Source: an uncultured Bordetella sp.
Lineage (GTDB): Bacteria > Pseudomonadota > Gammaproteobacteria > Burkholderiales > SG8-39
Reading direction: 5' to 3'
Assembly: GCA_964616875.1 (NCBI GenBank)
Contig: CAZTSJ010000263.1
Coordinates: 1-62,716 of the forward strand
Length of the DNA stretch: 62,716 nucleotides
The notes under the pieces are model-generated. The model worked only from the letters and a program-made list of their open reading frames with translations. It was not told the origin of the DNA and ran no database searches. Within the stretch, counting starts at the first letter, position 1. Each line of letters opens with the position of its first letter. This document shows, one piece after another, positions 60,028 to 62,716 of the stretch. The translations under genes and the position numbers were made by a program.

Positions 60028-60852
60028 TTGATCGACGCGCGTGCCGCCCGGCGCCGTTTCGAGCGCGCCGCGCATGGCTATGCGCAGGCCTCCAGGCTTG
60101 AAGCGGAAATCGGCACGCGCATGCTCGAGCGCCTCGCGTACGTGAAACTCGCGCCGCGCCGCGTGCTCGATGCGGGCAGCGGCCCGGGGCGCGATGCGCG
60201 CGCGCTGGCAAAGCGCTACCGGAAGGCAGAGGTGCTGGCGCTCGATTTTTCGCATGCCATGCTGCGCGCGGGCCGGCCGCGCCTGCGTTTTTTCGAGCGC
60301 CGGCCGCCCAAACCGGTGTGCGCCGACCTGGCACGGCAGCCCTTTGCGAGCGCGAGCATCGGCCTCGTCTGGTCGAACATGGCGCTGCATTGGGCGGCGG
60401 ACCCGCTCGCCGCCCTGCGCGAATTCCATCGCGTGCTCGCGTTGGAAGGACTGCTGATGTTCAGCACGCTTGGCCCCGATACGCTCGCCGAATTGCGTCT
60501 GGCGGCGGGCGAAGCGCGCGTGCATTCGTTCACCGACATGCACGACCTGGGCGACATGCTGGTCGAGGCGGGGTTCGCCGAGCCGGTCATGGACATGGAG
60601 CGGGTCACGATCGTTTATCCCGAGGGCGCGGCGCTGCTCGCCGATCTGCGCGCGAGCGGCCAGACCTGCGCGTTGAATGACCGCGCACGCGGGCTCGCCG
60701 GACGGCGCTTCCATGTTTCGCTGCTGGAGAAACTCGCGGCGCAACGCCACGAAGGCAAGCTGCCCGTCAGCTACGAGGTGGTCTACGGCCACGCGTGGAA
60801 GGCGGTGCCGAAGCGCACGGCGGACGGGCGCAGCGTGATAAAAATTTTCTGA
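60028..60852 (+). CDS. bioC: malonyl-[acp] O-methyltransferase BioC
   Basis: Part of ORF 59848..60852. FERAAHGYAQASRLEAE, VLDAGSGPG, LVWSNMALHW and VSYEVVYGHAWK align with E. coli BioC blocks. TTG start at 60028 inferred; there is no in-frame ATG nearby. Confidence 0.8.
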   Translation: MIDARAARRRFERAAHGYAQASRLEAEIGTRMLERLAYVKLAPRRVLDAGSGPGRDARALAKRYRKAEVLALDFSHAMLRAGRPRLRFFERRPPKPVCADLARQPFASASIGLVWSNMALHWAADPLAALREFHRVLALEGLLMFSTLGPDTLAELRLAAGEARVHSFTDMHDLGDMLVEAGFAEPVMDMERVTIVYPEGAALLADLRASGQTCALNDRARGLAGRRFHVSLLEKLAAQRHEGKLPVSYEVVYGHAWKAVPKRTADGRSVIKIF

Positions 60853-60930
60853 GCAATTTCATTGCCTTCGTTCTTGAGCGGGCGGCGCGGCTATGGTAAC
60901 TTGCCCGGCAGACCAGGAGAGGACTGAAAG

Positions 60931-62094
60931 ATGAAGTCGAGCAAGCCGGCACGCAGCATCGCCACCCGGGCGATCGCGCTCCTCGCCGCGTTCTACGGCA
61001 TCGCGTTCTCGGCACAGGCGCTGGCGCTGGAGTGGAATCTGCAGCCCGCGGGCAGCAAGCTCGCCGCCGAGATTCACAGCCTGCATGAATGGGTGATGAT
61101 CCTGTGCACGGTGATTTTCGTCGGCGTGTTCGGCTTCATGTTCTGGGCCTGCTACGCGCACCGCAAGTCCAAGGGCCACAAGGCCGCGCATTTCCACGAG
61201 AACACCACGATCGAGTTCCTCTGGACGGTGATCCCGATGTTCATCCTCGTGATCATCGCGTGGCCCGTGACCAAGACGGTGATCGCGCAGAAAGACACCT
61301 CCAATGCCGACATTACCGTCAAGGTCACCGGTTACCAATGGAAGTGGGGCTACGACTACCTGAAGGGCGAGGGCGAAGGCATCAGCTTCATCTCCACGCT
61401 GTCCACCCCTCGCGACCAGATCGAGGGCCGCGCGCCGAAGGGCGAGCACTACCTGCTCGAGGTGGACAACGAGATGGTGGTGCCGATCGGCAAGAAAGTG
61501 CGCGTGCTGACCACCGCCGCCGACGTGATTCACTCGTGGTGGATGCCGGTATTCGGCGCCAAACAAGACGCGATTCCGGGCTTCATCCGCGATCTGTGGT
61601 TCAAGGCGGACAAGACCGGCACCTTCCGCAGCCAGTGCGTGGAGTTGTGCGGCAAGGAACACGGTTTCATGCCGATCGTGGTCAAAGTGGTGACCCAGGA
61701 CGAATACCGCAAATGGGTCGGCGACCAGATGAAGCTGATCGCCGCGGCGGCCGATGACCCGAACAAGCAGTACCCGCTGGACGATCTGAAAAGGCGGGGC
61801 GAGCAGGTCTACGCCAAGAACTGCGTCGTTTGCCACCAGGCGACGGGCAAGGGCGCGCCGCCCGCGTTCCCGCCGCTCGACGGCTCGAAAATGGTCATCG
61901 GACCCAAGGAAAAGCAGATCGAGACGGTGCTGAACGGCGTCCTCAAGGACGGCACGCCCACCGCGATGGCCGCGTTCGGCAAGCACCTGAACGATGTCGA
62001 ACTGGCTGCCGTTATCACCTTCACGCGCAACAACTGGGGCAACAGGACCGGCGAGGCGATCCAGCCCGCCGATGTCAAGGCTCTCAGGAAGTAG
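60931..62094 (+). CDS. coxB: cytochrome c oxidase subunit II with C-terminal cytochrome c domain
   Basis: 387-aa ORF. CuA site HSWWMP...CVELCGKEHGFM, and a C-terminal CVVCH haem c motif. SD AGGAGAGG upstream. Confidence 0.93.
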   Translation: MKSSKPARSIATRAIALLAAFYGIAFSAQALALEWNLQPAGSKLAAEIHSLHEWVMILCTVIFVGVFGFMFWACYAHRKSKGHKAAHFHENTTIEFLWTVIPMFILVIIAWPVTKTVIAQKDTSNADITVKVTGYQWKWGYDYLKGEGEGISFISTLSTPRDQIEGRAPKGEHYLLEVDNEMVVPIGKKVRVLTTAADVIHSWWMPVFGAKQDAIPGFIRDLWFKADKTGTFRSQCVELCGKEHGFMPIVVKVVTQDEYRKWVGDQMKLIAAAADDPNKQYPLDDLKRRGEQVYAKNCVVCHQATGKGAPPAFPPLDGSKMVIGPKEKQIETVLNGVLKDGTPTAMAAFGKHLNDVELAAVITFTRNNWGNRTGEAIQPADVKALRK

Positions 62095-62109
62095 GACGGG
62101 AGACAAGCC

Positions 62110-62716
62110 ATGAGTGCAGTCGTAGATACGCACGCCGCCGGACATGATGCGGCCCACGCCGACCACCACGGCGGCTACCACGGCGCCGGCGGCGTCATGC
62201 GCTGGGTCACCACCACCAACCACAAGGATATCGGCACGCTTTACCTGTGGTTCAGCTTCATCATGTTCATGGTCGGCGGCGCGATGGCGATGGCGATCCG
62301 CCTGGAGCTGTTCCAGCCGGGCATCCAGTTCTTCAACCCGGACCTGTTCAACCAGTTCACCACCATGCACGGCCTGATCATGGTGTTCGGCGCGATCATG
62401 CCGGCGTTCGTGGGCTTTGCGAATTGGCAGATTCCGATGATGATCGGCGCGCCGGACATGGCGTTCGCGCGCATGAACAACTGGAGCTTCTGGATCCTGC
62501 CGTTCGCCGCGTCGCTGCTGCTGCTCTCGTTTTTCATGCCGGGCGGTGCGCCGGGGGTGGGCTGGACAATGTACGGCCCGCTTACGGTGCAGATGGGTAT
62601 GGGAATGGATCTCACCATTTTCGCCGTCCACCTGCTTGGCATGAGCTCGATCATGGGCGCGATCAACATCCTTACCACCATCCTCAACATGCGGGCGCCC
62701 GGCATGACCCTGATGC
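62110..62716 (+). CDS. ctaD: cytochrome c oxidase subunit I (N-terminal part; continues beyond the window)
   Basis: Frame from the ATG at 62110 reads ...TTNHKDIGTLYLWFSF...MHGLIMVFGAIMPAF.GFANWQIPMMIGAPDMAFARMNN and stays open to the window end. Confidence 0.95.
   Translation, partial: MSAVVDTHAAGHDAAHADHHGGYHGAGGVMRWVTTTNHKDIGTLYLWFSFIMFMVGGAMAMAIRLELFQPGIQFFNPDLFNQFTTMHGLIMVFGAIMPAFVGFANWQIPMMIGAPDMAFARMNNWSFWILPFAASLLLLSFFMPGGAPGVGWTMYGPLTVQMGMGMDLTIFAVHLLGMSSIMGAINILTTILNMRAPGMTLM

Noticed and set aside
60859-62631. 590-aa minus-strand ORF opposite coxB/ctaD; similar cases at 51675-53033, 12858-14015 and 7519-8541
   Set aside because: All are antisense shadows of strongly supported genes (cytochrome oxidase, Ctp protease, Slt, UvrD).

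Overview
This is a visibly GC-rich, very gene-dense stretch of core chromosome that looks betaproteobacterial, probably Burkholderiales-like. The evidence is two Bug/TctC-type periplasmic binding proteins and several conserved gene orders: rsfS-nadD-proA-holA-lptE-leuS, dapF-DUF484-xerC, argB-nucleotidase-slmA, ctp-envC-gpmA, rhodanese-grxC-secB-gpsA, trmL-comF and coxB-coxA. I can support about 72 protein-coding genes and one SAH riboswitch with a terminator-type expression platform upstream of ahcY. I found no rRNA, tRNA, CRISPR array, IS element, prophage or recognisable defence island. Most of the long ORFs in the six-frame track are antisense shadow ORFs, as expected in GC-rich DNA, or N-terminal over-extensions of real genes, which I trimmed.

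Functional blocks:
- A ureide/purine-catabolism divergon (allC-M20-puuE, facing uraD-uraH-bug-TLP2).
- A methyl-cycle block (SAH riboswitch-ahcY-MTHFR-like gene, with metK nearby).
- An envelope block (GT2-TVP38-GT39 module, tandem lpxL-type acyltransferases, a Gfo/Idh/MocA oxidoreductase).
- An ECF sigma / minimal ZAS anti-sigma / CWC module convergent with a COG0523 GTPase.

I see no clear novel multi-gene system. The candidates most worth a second look are:
1. An amidase-signature enzyme sits in the position BioH usually occupies, between divergent comF and a tightly linked bioC.
2. A transthyretin-like paralog has lost the HIU-hydrolase catalytic Arg, Tyr and Ser and is translationally coupled to a secreted ankyrin protein.
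3. A YdaS/Cro-like HTH reads in-frame into an AGXT-type aminotransferase, behind a perfect 19-bp palindrome and back-to-back promoters.
4. A divergent MTHFR-like gene sits in the metF slot downstream of ahcY.
5. Several tiny divergent intergenic regions have -10 boxes 6-7 nt from ATG and no Shine-Dalgarno sequence, which implies leaderless mRNAs.
6. Short AT-rich islands recur inside otherwise GC-rich conserved genes.

All family assignments come from reading the translations and motifs. No database search was run.
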